DNA from: Chromera velia
Lineage: Eukaryota
Length of the DNA: 55,155 nucleotides
Direction: 5' to 3'
Assembly (NCBI GenBank): GCA_018398765.1
Contig: JAHBMJ010000156.1
Span: 1 to 55,155, forward strand
The notes below the pieces were generated by a model. The model saw only the letters and a program-made list of their open reading frames with translations. It ran no database searches and had not been told where the DNA came from. Within the stretch, counting starts at the first letter, position 1; the number at the start of each line of letters is the position of its first letter. Shown here in pieces: positions 34,177-46,806 of this stretch. Both the position numbers and the translations under genes were made by a program.

Positions 34177-35719
34177 ATGAAGTTTTTCAAATTCATTGCA
34201 TCTGTCTGCTTGGGCACTGCTGCTGCTCAGTACTCCACTTCCACAGTTGACGCTCGAGACGGTGACCTTGCTCTTGAACATTCCTGCACAACTGGTGAGT
34301 TACCCTTCCTCTCTGTTCTTGTGTCCCAACTGCCCGTCTTCGCCGGTTGCTTGCATGATCGATACAATATTATTGCCTTCGCCCTTCTTCTACCCCCATC
34401 TTCGCGCAGGTGTAGACAACCGTCAGAGCATGGTGGCTTACTTGATGCAGAGCCTTCAGGCCTTTGAAGAGGGAACCGCCGGGCAGCCATACACTTTTGT
34501 CTTCACGTCAGTCAGCGGGTTTACATGTTGCCGTCTCCTGGCCGCCCTGCCTGCTTGTCGTTCCCTTCCATCTACTTCGTCCTCGTCCTGTTAGCCATCC
34601 TCGGCAACTTGCCTCCGCACCACTTTCTATTTGCTTTCCTCCCATGTTCCGCCACGTTGGTTCTTTCCTTCTTCTCCTCTGCCCTTTGCCCTTCATTCTT
34701 CTCTCTCGAACACTTCGCGCTGCCACATCCCCTCTTGCAGATACGAGAAGGACGGAACTCAGTACTGCCCCAAGAAGCTCACTGTCGTCAACGACCAAGT
34801 CACTGCCGTCTCCAGCGTCAGCAGCCAACAGATGCCGACTTCCACTGGAGCGTCTGACACCTCCTCCCCCGCTTGCACCGAGCAGGCCGACTCCGAGTAT
34901 ATGCAGATGACAGTGCCGGCCATCCTCAACCACATGCTGGCTGCTTCCGAGACTGCCTACAGGGTCTGTTGGAACTCTGCCACAAACGTGCAGACAGGAG
35001 AGAGGTCATCCAGAGGGTTCATCTCCCAGTCGAGCGAGAACGAGAACGATGCCATCACCTTCTCCATCGACAACATCGCACCCCACACACCGCAGCAGGG
35101 AGAAGGACATCAGCAGCAGGCCGAAGAAGCCCATGTGGATGCCCAGGCAGGACAGCAGAGGGGGGCCTTGCGGGGCTCCTCGTCCCCTTCCCCTGCCCCT
35201 GCCTCTTCTTCCGCTGCTGATGCCTCTACTGGTAGCCACCGCCGTCTGGAGTGGTGGCCCGGTGTTGCTGGCGGCATTGCCGGTGCACGTGCTGGTCGAC
35301 GATCATACACTACGGTGGGGGGCGCTGTTCGAGGGTCTGCCAGAGGGGCCCTTCGCGGATGTGTTGCTGGAGCGATTTGGGATGGCACCTGTGGCACCGG
35401 TACGTACGGTGATCTTGACTGCATGTCTGTAAATCACTGTTGCTTCTGTTTTTTTATCGCACACAATCAGGCAAACAGACTGACAATCTGATAATCCCTG
35501 AAGTACACTTCTGCACGGTCGTTCGTCCGTTTCCTTCCGACTCTCAGTCAGTCAGACAGCCGGACAGCAGTCGATTGATTTTTTCTCCATGCTTCTATGG
35601 CTCTTCAATCTCACTCTTGATCTGTTGGAATTATTCCTGCAGGAGCTGCTGAGGGTGCAACCACAGGGGCAGTGACTGGGGGGATCTACGGAGGCCGTCC
35701 CTATTACAGATACCTTTGA
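34177..35719 (+). CDS. Secreted 316-aa precursor with C-terminal glycine-zipper peptide
   Basis: Four exons (34177-34294, 34410-34506, 34741-35399, 35643-35719) join in phase with GT-AG borders. Signal peptide MKFFKFIASVCLGTAAA; LRG...RRL motif; GxxxG-rich tail ending GGRPYYRYL*. Confidence 0.8.
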
Positions 35720-36344
35720 ACGGAGTCCGATTGTATTCAATTTGTTGAAGGCCCTCGCAGAGAGACTCGAGGGACCGTCTCCTCAAGGACAGAAGAAGAA
35801 CAAATGGACCCCGAAAGGCAAATCGATCTCTTCGGGTTGATTTATGTCGTGTCGTTTTTTTGTTTGATGCTGTTGCTTTTGACTCACACTGCTGTTTCAA
35901 GGGAGGGTTCGTGAATGAACAGAAAAAAGGAGGGACAAGAAGAGAGGGCGCCGCTCTGCTCTGCTCGGTGTGTGAGTGAGTGAATAAATGAAGAATCGTT
36001 CATTCATCCACTGAGTCATGCGCGAAGTTCTGAGTAAGATGCGATGCGTCTCTGCCCTCCAACACTGAAGGAAGCCTGCCTGGAGAGAGCGCATGTGCAA
36101 GACGTGAGTCGTTGGTCAGGGCTACATGAGTGGTGCGTTGTTGCTGCCGTGGGACGAGGCGAGAGAGAGGAATGCGCAGAGGGAGAGAGGAATTGGAGTT
36201 GACAATTAAGTGAAAGAAGGACGCGAAGCCGTTTTCTCTCTTCTTGCATGGCTTCTCGTTCCATAACGCTGAAACGACACTTTGCATGCACGTGAGACTT
36301 CGCCGCTTTCCACCTCGCATGCACTTGCACGGATGCGGAGAAGA

Positions 36345-36433
36345 TCGTTTACAGTACGTGTGTTACGCTACAGTGTGTACGTGGGAGTGTGTGTCGTTTA
36401 CAGTACGTGTGTTACGCTACAGTGTGTACGTGT
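36345..36433. repeat. Two-copy direct repeat of about 40 bp (TCGTTTACAGTACGTGTGTTACGCTACAGTGTGTACGTG)
   Basis: Directly visible. Confidence 0.85.
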
Positions 36434-37104
36434 GTACGCAGTGGGAGGTGCGATTCACATCTTTCGCTGATGGATCCCTTGCTGGATCAATAGATTGAGC
36501 TGCACAGCGAGTGCATCAATTGGACTGAGCGCAACATTGTGTCAGGTATTTATTTTATCAGATTTCCTGCAAATCAAGGTGTCATGCTCTGTCTTTCAAG
36601 TTGTTTCGTTCGAAATCAACCTAGAAATCAACAAAGGTGTAATGTTCTTTGTTCTTCGATCCAAACTTGAAACTTCTTTGAAATCAACCTTTGACTCGGC
36701 TTTAAGTCGACTGTTGACGTTTCTAATCGAATTTTGATGTCACTTTGTACAAAGATGAAATGTTTTATCCTAAGCTTTATCCTATAGGCTTTATCTTTAG
36801 AATCCCCGTTCTTCTATTCACACTATCTGTTATGTCACTGACTGAGGGTGCCGCGAGTGCTGCCGCCACTGCTGCGGAGTTCTACCAGTATAAGTTACTA
36901 GCCTCTTTATCGTTTTGTTCACAAACTATGGTTAACCTCTTAGTACCAAGAGAGGCAGTCAGCCTATCCTGAGCACAACTCACAAAAAAGGCAAACTTCT
37001 ACGTGTCTAAGTTACTGACTTATTCTTAGCATCGTCTGTAGACTGATATAACTTCTACTAGTTCTGGTTAGCAAACCCGAGCAAAAGGTGCCACGATAGA
37101 GTCC

Positions 37105-37300
37105 TGGCTTCTACATATCTATGTCAGTACTTAATGCTAGGCATTGCTAGCTTCTACATGTCTATGTCAGCACTTAGTGCTAGTTTCTACATGTCTATGT
37201 CAACTAGCACTTAGTACTAGCTACTATATATCTATATCAACACTTAATGCTAGCTGCTACACGTCTATGTCAGCACTTAATGCTAGCTACTACGTGCAGC
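37105..37300. repeat. Degenerate minisatellite, unit about 32-37 bp (CTACAYGTCTATGTCAGCACTTARTGCTAG)
   Basis: Five to six copies that differ mostly by transitions. Confidence 0.8.
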
Positions 37301-37644
37301 ATAATGTGCCTGCACGTTTGTCGGCTCGGTTGTTCTGAATCCCCTCCTGACTAGCCTCTTGAAGAAGCTGAAGAACGCCTGAAAGGGCGTTGCAGCCGTC
37401 GCTACGGTGAAGCAGTCAGAGGTCGTAGGCCTCTCTACGATTAGTAAATGTTGTTTCGTAATGATGATCATGTTCTTACTTGTAGCTAGCCTTGACAAGA
37501 AAGGGTTAACTAGATCTGCAAACAAAACTTTCATAAGGTGTTAACCTAGGCTGGTAGAGGTTAGCAATCAATCATAGCATCGGTCAGTAGAGGTTAAATA
37601 CACTAGTTAGGAAGACTAACAACACGTTGTTATGTAGTAGTGGA

Positions 37645-39013
37645 TAGTGACCATGTTTGATTTGATTATATTTGATTTGATTTGATTTGATTTGACAAAT
37701 ATTTGATATTTGAGGTAAGATTTGAGGTTAACCTCTTAGGGTTCCTCACTGAGTCACTGACTTACTGTCACTCTGATCATTTTTCTCATGACAATAGTTA
37801 TCAGAACATTTCTGATGTGTGTTTCAAAAATTTAAAAAAATATATATAAAATTATAACTTATCAGTTCCGTAAAAAAAATATGCCTGTGTGGCAGTGTAT
37901 ATACACTAGTCACTGAGACTCACTCTAGTACTAATAGAGATTAAGAACGTAAAATTGATAGATTTGAAATTGCATATGACTTTTTGTTGATACGATAAAG
38001 TTAGAGCACGTACCAAAATTGAGGTGACAATCACTCAGCTTTATGGCACTTCCTTTTCCTCTTCTTCATGATCACTTTCTTCAATGTGAATCGAATCGAT
38101 CGGTGGTGGGAGCTGCTGAGAGCTTTTTCTCTGGCTTTTCGGCTTTCCAGGAGTGGGTGCTCCTGGGCTTCTATTCGGTTGCGGAGAGATGACAACGGGG
38201 TGAGACGGAGAACCGCGCACACGTTTGCTATTGCTGTTGGTGTTGGAACCGTCCTGTTTCTGGGCAGCTAAGCATCCAGAGTTGGTAAGTTCGGCTACCC
38301 TCTGTGCCGCGCCAGGGCCGACAACAAGCCCCTTGTGTTGGAGGTGAATATAGAGAGGTCGGTAGCCTTCCTCACCTGGAGTGATGACTTTCTCAGGAGG
38401 GGGAAGTTTCCCCCCAGCCTTCTCAGCATTTGCGTCTGCGGCCGCCTCCTTTGGTTTCAAATTGGTCCTCCCGCCGGGCCCTGCAGGAGCGGCCCCCCCT
38501 CCAGCACTGTCAGCAGCCGGATTGTGTGACATGTCTTTACGGGGTGTAAAATGTTTGCAGACGCTCAAAAAGGGGGCCGTAAAAGATGTTCGAGCACCAG
38601 AAAAGTCAACACAGCTGTTTGGGAAAACGTTCAGCTGATCGGTTTACCTCTGCATGAAGTAAAAAGGGATGAAACGTCAATTCTAGTGCAGCTCAAAACG
38701 TTTTTTTTTTGAGAGCAAACCATCAAGATTTAGGTTTTTCTGAAATTTTTCATTTGAATCAGCATGTGTGACGGATCGGTACTTACAAAAGTTTTTTCGG
38801 GACCTTCATATTTGAGGTTGAAAGTCACATTGATCAAATATTTGATCGTATTTGATAGGTTTTTAAACATTAGGTCCTCCTTGACTGGATATTTGATTTG
38901 AGCTTAAGCCCTACCTCAAATCAAATCAAATCAAATCAAATCAAATCAAANNNNNNNNNNNNNNNNNNNNNNTCAAATCAAATCAAATCAAATCAAATCA
39001 AACATGGTCACTA
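37645..39013. mobile_element. Non-autonomous hAT-type DNA transposon with (TTTGA)n subterminal arrays and an internal ORF
   Basis: Perfect TIR TAGTGACCATGTTTGATTTGA / TCAAATCAAACATGGTCACTA. Perfect 8-bp TSD GTAGTGGA (37637-37644, 39014-39021). TAG termini. Assembly gap inside the right TCAAA array. Confidence 0.92.
38041..38532 (-). CDS. 163-aa ORF inside the hAT element (deleted transposase remnant or captured gene fragment)
   Basis: GC-rich open frame MSHNPAADSAGG...EEEEKEVP* inside an otherwise AT-rich element; no catalytic DDE region visible. Confidence 0.5.
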   Translation of the reverse strand: MSHNPAADSAGGGAAPAGPGGRTNLKPKEAAADANAEKAGGKLPPPEKVITPGEEGYRPLYIHLQHKGLVVGPGAAQRVAELTNSGCLAAQKQDGSNTNSNSKRVRGSPSHPVVISPQPNRSPGAPTPGKPKSQRKSSQQLPPPIDSIHIEESDHEEEEKEVP

Positions 39014-42000
39014 GTAGTGGAACCCCAAACTTTGAAAAAGGAAAATACCTAGACCCTAAGTACTAAAAAGTCTAGACTTAGAATAATACCCGACCGAGCA
39101 ATATAGAAATACCCGATCAAGCCATATGAAGCTCTAGTATGGAATTCATGCAGTGAGCAAGGCTGAGCTAAAGTCTTCCAGCAAGGCTGAGCTAAAGTCT
39201 TTCAAGTCACACTAAGATCAAGTCTTTCGACCTTAACCAAATAAAAGTCCTTCGAGTCATGCCGAGATAAAATCATGGTGAGTCAAGGCCGAGCCAGCCA
39301 GCCGCGGCCTGTATCACACCAAAGTTGGACTGTCGCATATGCAAAAGACTTTCTGGAAGACTCAAAAGTAACACAAAGTCTTTCAATCAACAAATCAAGA
39401 TCAAGAAATCTAAGCAACACTTCTGGCAAGATCAGATCGACAATTTTGCACTTTTCGGAAAACAATTCCCTTTGAGAAAATCAACCTGCAAACAGTACTG
39501 AACACAGCACTCAACGTTAGACTCTTACGCTATATGGGGCTTACGTCCTGTCTCTGCCTAGGACTAGGTCCCTTAGAGATTTTTATAGATTCTGGCTGCC
39601 TTCTGACGAATAGGGTCGGAGCAGTATAGAACAACGTTAGCAACTATTACATATAGATGTTGCATCTAAATGCCAGTCATGCTGTATCCAAGCTAGTAAC
39701 TAATACAGGTATATGTTAGTCATCTTATGTTAGTCATCTTAGGTAGTCATGCTCTGATCGAAGATGTTATCAGTTTATACAGGTATAGAAGCTACGATGT
39801 CAGTCACGTCTTCTACCAGTAGAACTCCGCAGCACCCTCAGCCTAGTGACAAAGCAGCAAGGTTAAGTAAATGACTGACAGTGTCTAAATAATTGTTGTA
39901 CAATTTAATGCTAGATGCGATGTATACGATTAATTTACACCGTTGCTAGCATCCTTGTTTACATCAAAGTTTTAAACGAATGCCAAAGCGTTCGAATTTC
40001 AAGTTGTTACTAGGATGTTTGTGTACAAAATTGTAAGATCTGAGTCTATAACAATCATCATCATCATCATACGTTATCGCCGTCGGCCCATTTCTGAACT
40101 TCCAGTATTAGACATGAATCTGTCAGGGCACTAGGATCAGCCAGTCCTCTCCATATGAGAAAACACATGCAGAAACCTAGAAACGCAAAAACAAAATTTT
40201 CAATCAATCTATGATCCTTTCCGGCAATAGAAGTGATTGACTCTCATCCGAAAATGTGGTCCACTGATCTGTACATGCCCCCGGCTTCCAGTCTGAACTG
40301 TTGTGTTAGCTTGGGAGGCATCAGATCGGAGCCGTGCGACCTACCTCCTTGCTGACGTCCTTCTCTCCCCCTACTTTGTTTCTTTTTCCCCTTTCTGACT
40401 GGGTGTACGTATACCGAGCTGTCAACAGTGTGTATTACTATCATAAGGCCTCAAAGTTTGCCTAAAAAGGCCTGCGCATATTATGCAATCCCCGTGACGG
40501 TCCTGCCCCAGGCGGATTCCGAAACCTCTTCAAGTTATGCCCCCAGATTTTTGCCGTTAGTTTTTGCCGTCTCCTCTGATTTTCTTCATTTACAATGCTT
40601 TGCCTTCTCAAAACTGGCTGTGGCCGTGAGCACGGCTTGTCTGATCGGCACTGAAAGAAGAGGGAAACTTGAAAGGCTGACATTCACCCCAAAGCGTACG
40701 AAAGCACTGCTGCTTCGAGTTTATACAGTGTTGCCAACTCAGCTTGCAGGCGTTTCCTCACTGACAGTCAGATCAGGTCCAAGTCCATCTCTCATGGTTG
40801 TTCTGCTTCCGCTGTTGACTCCTGGTTATCCTTTTTGGTGCCGCTGCTTATGCCAAAGTGAGGGGACTCCTTACGACTTCGGGGGACTCCAATGCGCGGG
40901 GATCTGGAAAGATCGCAATCACTAGCTGTGGCTAACTTTCTGCAAAGGAGACGTTCAGTGGTGTAAGGCAGTCTCTGTGGACGGTTACCATTTTCCAGCT
41001 TGTTAGCGACTTATGAGCTGCCTGCTTTCCTCTTTCTAAGCCTTACACTCACACCAGGAACAGAGAAAGAGAGACTGAGAATGACTTGCAGCAAGCTGCC
41101 GCCTCTGGCTTTGCCGCTCTGGCTTTGCTGCTCTGGCTTTACCGCTCATCAATAAGATCTGGAATAAGATATAGGATAGTATAAAATAGAATAATTAAGC
41201 TAGTAAAGGGCTGTACTAAAGGCTACAAATATATACATCTAGGCTTAAGTTGTGCAACAAACATGCATCATCATCATCATCCATTGTATAATTACCGCTT
41301 TTTATTATTTATTATATCCACAGTTGGCTTAAATGATGTGAATGATAGATAGTTACCTGTGGGGTACCGTTCATACAGAATAGACGAACGTTGGGTCCCT
41401 TCTTAAAGAGACTGAAGGATTCGGTTCTTGTTGTAGTTTGCATTGCTGTATGATCGAATTACACACAATCGTATGAAATGACGGATTGACTTCAACCATG
41501 CATATGCAGGCATGCACGGTGCACGCATATGCGCGCATCATTCACTCTCCTGATTATAGCCGCCGCGCGCTGCCACTGCCATACATCAAGCGTGCCCATA
41601 CTCAGATACTCATTCCCACTGCCATACATCAAGCATGCCCATACTCATATCGCGCCCCTAACTTATTCCAACTGACAGCCCGCAGGCGACTCCACTCTGC
41701 TTTTTGGTATACCACAGTACCAACTACGCATGCGTGACCGTGTATCATGTGCATCGTAGGCCAGTACCTCAAATGACTTAGCAGACACACAGTTTCTGGT
41801 CATAGATGTATATGCAGAGACAGTCTTCAATCGTTTTCATTCATGTCAGTTTGTCTGTCTGAATTATTATAAATGATATATCGCAATAATATTATTAAGT
41901 AATCGATATGCTTCCTAGCGATGCTTCAAATTAAAAGTGATAACACTTCATCATAAAAAATATTATTTAGGGCTGAGGCCTCAGACTATAGAAAAAAAAA

Positions 42001-42087
42001 TCAAGAAATTAAACTTTTTAAGTTGATTTACTTACATTTTTAAAGTAATATGTGCTAGAATATGTGTTAATTTTTATAAACATCTCG

Positions 42088-42091
42088 ACAC

Positions 42092-42124
<33 letters not shown>

Positions 42125-42147
42125 TACACACACACACACTGCCAGTG

Positions 42148-42192
<45 letters not shown>

Positions 42193-42318
42193 CTCACACA
42201 CTCACACACACATACTCAATCACTCACTCACTCACTGACTGTCTCTCTCTCTCTCACACACACACACATACTCACTCACTCACTCACTCACTCACTCACT
42301 CACACACTCACTCACTCA

Positions 42319-42376
<58 letters not shown>

Positions 42377-42400
42377 CACGCACGCACGCACGCACACACA

Positions 42401-42450
<50 letters not shown>
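42088..42450. repeat. Compound microsatellite (CA)n/(GA)n/(CACT)n/(TA)n/(CACG)n
   Basis: Directly visible. Confidence 0.95.
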
Positions 42451-42457
<7 letters not shown>

Positions 42458-43512
42458 CAGCGTTTCCACCCACTCAGTTTCATAGAGGAAAACAAAGAAG
42501 TGACTACTGGATTCAAACGAATAAGATATAAACATAAGGCATAATTTGATAACAAATGTGAGGGTCTTTCGCACTCTCTCTGCATTTGCAGGGTGTATGT
42601 TCCAGCCGATCAAAGAGCCCTTCTCTCTTTGCTTAGTTCCCTTTGCGTCCATGGTTTCGTCCACCTGAGCCAGCCACGCAGGGATTCATAAAGGATTCGC
42701 TTAATTCGTCTGGACGTCCTCCAATCGATCAGATCGAACGAGATGGGAACGTGCTTCAGTCCCTTGAGCTTCCTTTCTTCCTCCTTTCCCTCCAGAAGCG
42801 CAGCGATAGAAAAGACCAGAACGTACACAGAAAAAACCTCAAAACTCCAGAGGATCACATCAAAATCACACGGGTAGAGCGGCAAGGGAGACCTCGGACA
42901 CGTACAAGCGGATCAATTCAAGAGGATAAAACTGCCAAACTGCCTGCCTGCCTGCCCTCTGCATGTTTCTGGGGGCCAATCAATCGAACACGAACAGGTA
43001 GGAAGAGCGGACGAAAAACAGAGAAAAGAAAGTGGGACGGATGTGATGAATCACTCAGCCATTATGCAACACACACAAATGCAACAAGTCAGCGAGAACG
43101 AGCATGTACGCGCAGTCAGAAAGAGAAAGGAAAGAGGTGGCGTGAGCCAACTTTCGACTCTCAACTCAACATTTCATTTTCAGAGACAAAAAAAGAGGGA
43201 CAGCGCAGCTTTGTTCTTTTTTTCGCTCCTTGATGTCTTTTCTGTGTCCTCTGTCCTTCCTCTCTTCCTTGGAGGCCAAAGGCTTCCTCGAACTCCTTCC
43301 GACATTCCCTTTCAGCGCCCTTCAACAAGACTACATCTCCACCACACACCTCTAAACGACGAGGCAAAGGAGCCAAGCCTCGGCTCAGTCACTCACACAT
43401 GCGATTGAAGATAGCATGAAACACCACTCCTTTCGTCCAGTCGTGTAAAGACCCCGAAGCATGAGATAAAAGACGGCAACCTGAGCAGTAACCTCCTTTT
43501 CTCTTTCTCTGT

Positions 43513-44094
43513 TTACTCCCTGGCAAAGAACTTGCAGGGCCACTGAGCCACCCAGTCGTACTCCTGCTTGAACCGTGCCTCATCGCATGATCCGTAGTTG
43601 GCATCTGTAATCGATCTCAAGCAGAGATCCACGTTGTTGTTTGCAAAGTTCATACAGTTCTCCTGGGTGTTCTGAGTGCAGGTTCCAATGGGGGAAGGAA
43701 CTGCGACACCACCAATGCCGCAGATGAACTTGGTGCCTGCGCAAGCAGTCTGGATGAGCATCACCTTCTGTCTGTTATCGAACTCATTGCACTCCTCCAC
43801 TGCAGGCTTGCAGTCCCTTCTGCACTTCTCGTTACAGGCAGTGATGGCAGCCTCAGACACGTCGGAGAATCTCTCTTCACACTTATCGCAGCAGACATAC
43901 TCGAAGGGGTCTCTCTGGACATTGAATCTCGAGAAGATGACGCGGAAGTTTCCCAAACGGATCGCTCTCTCAAGAGTCTGTCTGATCACTCCAGGACGGT
44001 CCTGGAGCTTTCTCAGGTTGGGGAAAGTGTCAGCAGTGGCACAACCAAGGAGCGCCACCAAGAAGGAGACGGCTGAAATGAACTTTGACATCAT
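43513..44094 (-). CDS. Small secreted cysteine-rich protein (193 aa)
   Basis: Signal peptide MMSKFISAVSFLVALLGCATA, then LRKLQ, then 14 Cys in the mature region; single exon ending in TAA. Confidence 0.8.
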   Translation of the reverse strand: MMSKFISAVSFLVALLGCATADTFPNLRKLQDRPGVIRQTLERAIRLGNFRVIFSRFNVQRDPFEYVCCDKCEERFSDVSEAAITACNEKCRRDCKPAVEECNEFDNRQKVMLIQTACAGTKFICGIGGVAVPSPIGTCTQNTQENCMNFANNNVDLCLRSITDANYGSCDEARFKQEYDWVAQWPCKFFARE

Positions 44095-44824
44095 CTTCGA
44101 ATTCTTCGTTGTCTGCAGGCGAGCACACGCGTCACAGCAGGTAGTTCTCACAACTAAACAACCAGTGGAGAACTGACAGAGGCTTGAACTGAGACACTCG
44201 CAAGGTCCAAGTCATGCACTCACAAGATCAGACAAACAGCTTCAGAGGACGGTTTAGGGTACAGCTAGAGAAGTTGCGAAGTTGCAGCGTTAATTGAGGA
44301 CTCGAGCGAACCTATAGCGCGATCCGTTTTGCGCAGAATTGTGCCTGGCGGGCCGCGGTCAGGTGCGCACTCGTGCGGCGGCGCGCCGAGTTCGAACCGC
44401 CGGCCGCTGCACGTTCGCCGCGGCGCGCCCGGGCCGGCGGTACGTCGGCTCATCCTTTATGGCGCGCCGCCACATCCACGAGGAAAATCGTGAGACAGAA
44501 CAGAGATGGCGTGAGATCGACGTATATACACAGCTTCCTGTTTCTCAAATACCGTGGTCAATTTTGTTTGGACTACGTTCCTTGTGTTTAAGTTGGTTGA
44601 TTAATCGGTCATGAGTTTAAGCTGCGCAGCCCTCAGAGCCAAGAGGATCAAATTCCAAGGGATTTTTGGGCCGTCTCGTAAGTGGCTCCGATCTCTGGAT
44701 AGTTGAGTGTGATGAGCTCGAAGGCCTGGTTCTCACATTTTGGCAGTGCTTGATTCTCACTCTTTGCTTCCCATTTTGATGTAGCGCATCTTTGAAGAAC
44801 TTTTTTGCGGGTCTGGATTCGATA

Positions 44825-46771
44825 ATGGAAACAAAGGAAGGGCGTCCGGGTAATGCTGCAGGGGCACAAGCGGCTGCCGCTGCAGGACTTCGGCACGAGC
44901 CCCCGACAGTCGATTGCCCCGTGTTTCGTCCTTCAAAGAAAGCTCTCAGAGATTTTTGGTGGGTGCCCGTATTTTCACTTGATTTGATCTCTTTGAGCGG
45001 AGAATCTAGGACTCAGAAAAGCCGTACGTCTCCTTTTCCACGTCATACGGTCTTTTTTGTGCGACCCGTGTCCGCTTTTCCGTGCAATTTCTGAATCTCA
45101 TCTTGCCTGCCTTCTCGTATGTCTTCCCCCATGCCACCAAGCTTTCGAGCACCGAATCGTTCCTTGGCGGACTCGTTCGTTGATTTGTGCAGCGATCTCG
45201 TGGAGGGATTCTCACAGAACGAAAAGGCCAAAGCTTTCGGAGGAATGAAGGTCAGCCCAAGAAGCAGAGGAAAGACAGTTGCATGTGATCCCTCCGCATG
45301 ACCCGATACGAGGCAATAAGTGCTCACATTTTTTGCCCACTGTTCTGCACCCCGTACGTCTGAGATAACGCACGACAGCGGGACAGGCCTGTTCCGCAGG
45401 ATGCAGAGAGACTGTTGGTGTTCAAAGAAACACGTGTCCCCACTACTGATATTGCAGATTTGCCCACCTTCTAGCTGGGTAGCACGGCGTGATGGGTATG
45501 CGGAGCTTGTGGAGATTCGGTTGTCCAACGTGAAGCGACAACGACTGTTTGCGGTTCCCGATTTTGAGGGGGCGTTTGAGGCCTGCAATGAATCTGCAGG
45601 GGGGGGACCCGATGGATTCGGGTCAGTGAGTGCCTTTCTCTCTGTCTTTCTCTCTCTCTCTTTTTCGTTCGTTTATTCGTTTGTAGTTTTCCTTCTTTCC
45701 TTCCCTCCCTCCTTGCTCTCGTACCCGCACTGCAGCCAGCCCTCTTGCCCTCGAGGGTGCAGATGGATCTCATCTCTGTTCTCATCCATCCGTCCGTCCG
45801 TTCGTCCATTCACCTCTCTGTTCTCATCCATCCGTCCGTCCGTCCAGTCACCTCTCTGGCTCTCTGTCCTGTGGTCCATTTCTGCATGCATGCTTCCGTG
45901 AAAATACCACTTGAAGCAGATTTGCGAAAGCAGCCCCTTGCTGGCGTCATCGACCCCCCCCCTTCTCGTGTTCTCTTTTTGTTTTTCTCACAGGACCGTT
46001 CGTGATCTGTTCACAAAGGCGAGAGAAGAGGTTGCTGAAGCTGTGCAGAAGAAGGCAGAGAGAGAGGAGAGGGAAAAGGTTGCAGCTGCACAGATGGAGA
46101 TCGAAAAAGCCGAGAGAGAAAAGGCGGCCGCCACACAAATTGAGACAGAGACTGAAGCCAGAGACAAAGCAGCTCCGGAAGCAACGAAAGTGGACCACTC
46201 TGAGAAGGCGGCAGAAGAGAAGGGACGTGTTTTTGTTGCAGATTCCTCCATGGGTGGTGACAAAGCAGAAGGAGAAACCGAAAAGGGAGAGGGTGGAAAA
46301 GTACAGCAAGCAGAAACACCGCAAGAACCGACAACTGGGGGGGGAGAAGAAAACTCCCCGGACCTTCCCGAGGAAGAAGGGAGCTCTGCCGCAGTGCAGT
46401 CGATCTCCTCCTCATCAGCTTCGCGTCTTATCCCTCGATCCGTCTTTGCAACTGCAACCACGGTCTCTTCTTTCAAAGATGCTGACACAGAGGGGCACCC
46501 AAATCATCCCCCAAAGCCCATGGATGCTGTCTCATCTATCGTTTTGAATGGAAGTCTGGAGACATTGCCTTCCTCCGCTGCCGCTTCCGTGACAGGTTGT
46601 GACACGCACAAAACCGAAAGTTACCGTTTCAACAACGCGCCCCCCGAGATTCGGGGGTCTGAGTCCGAGTCCGGAGAAAACCAAACGGCTGACAGTCAGG
46701 CACACCTTCAGCAAAACTCATCTGAGCGTCATCACGAAACAGTTGATGGTGAACTGTCGGGACCACAAAAA

Positions 46772-46806
<35 letters not shown>

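Noticed and set aside
37105..37300. CRISPR-like array
   Set aside because: Adjacent degenerate units without unique spacers, eukaryotic context and no cas genes; it is a minisatellite.
38951..38972. Run of N (also a single N near 23325)
   Set aside because: Assembly gap or ambiguity in repeats; not biological.
40428..40970. 165-aa ORF that seems to continue past a TAG (GIWKDRNH*LWLTFCK)
   Set aside because: No recognisable homology or start; too weak to count as a gene or as a third in-frame TAG case.
42018..42664. ORFs with HT/ER/CV repeats
   Set aside because: Translations of the compound microsatellite.
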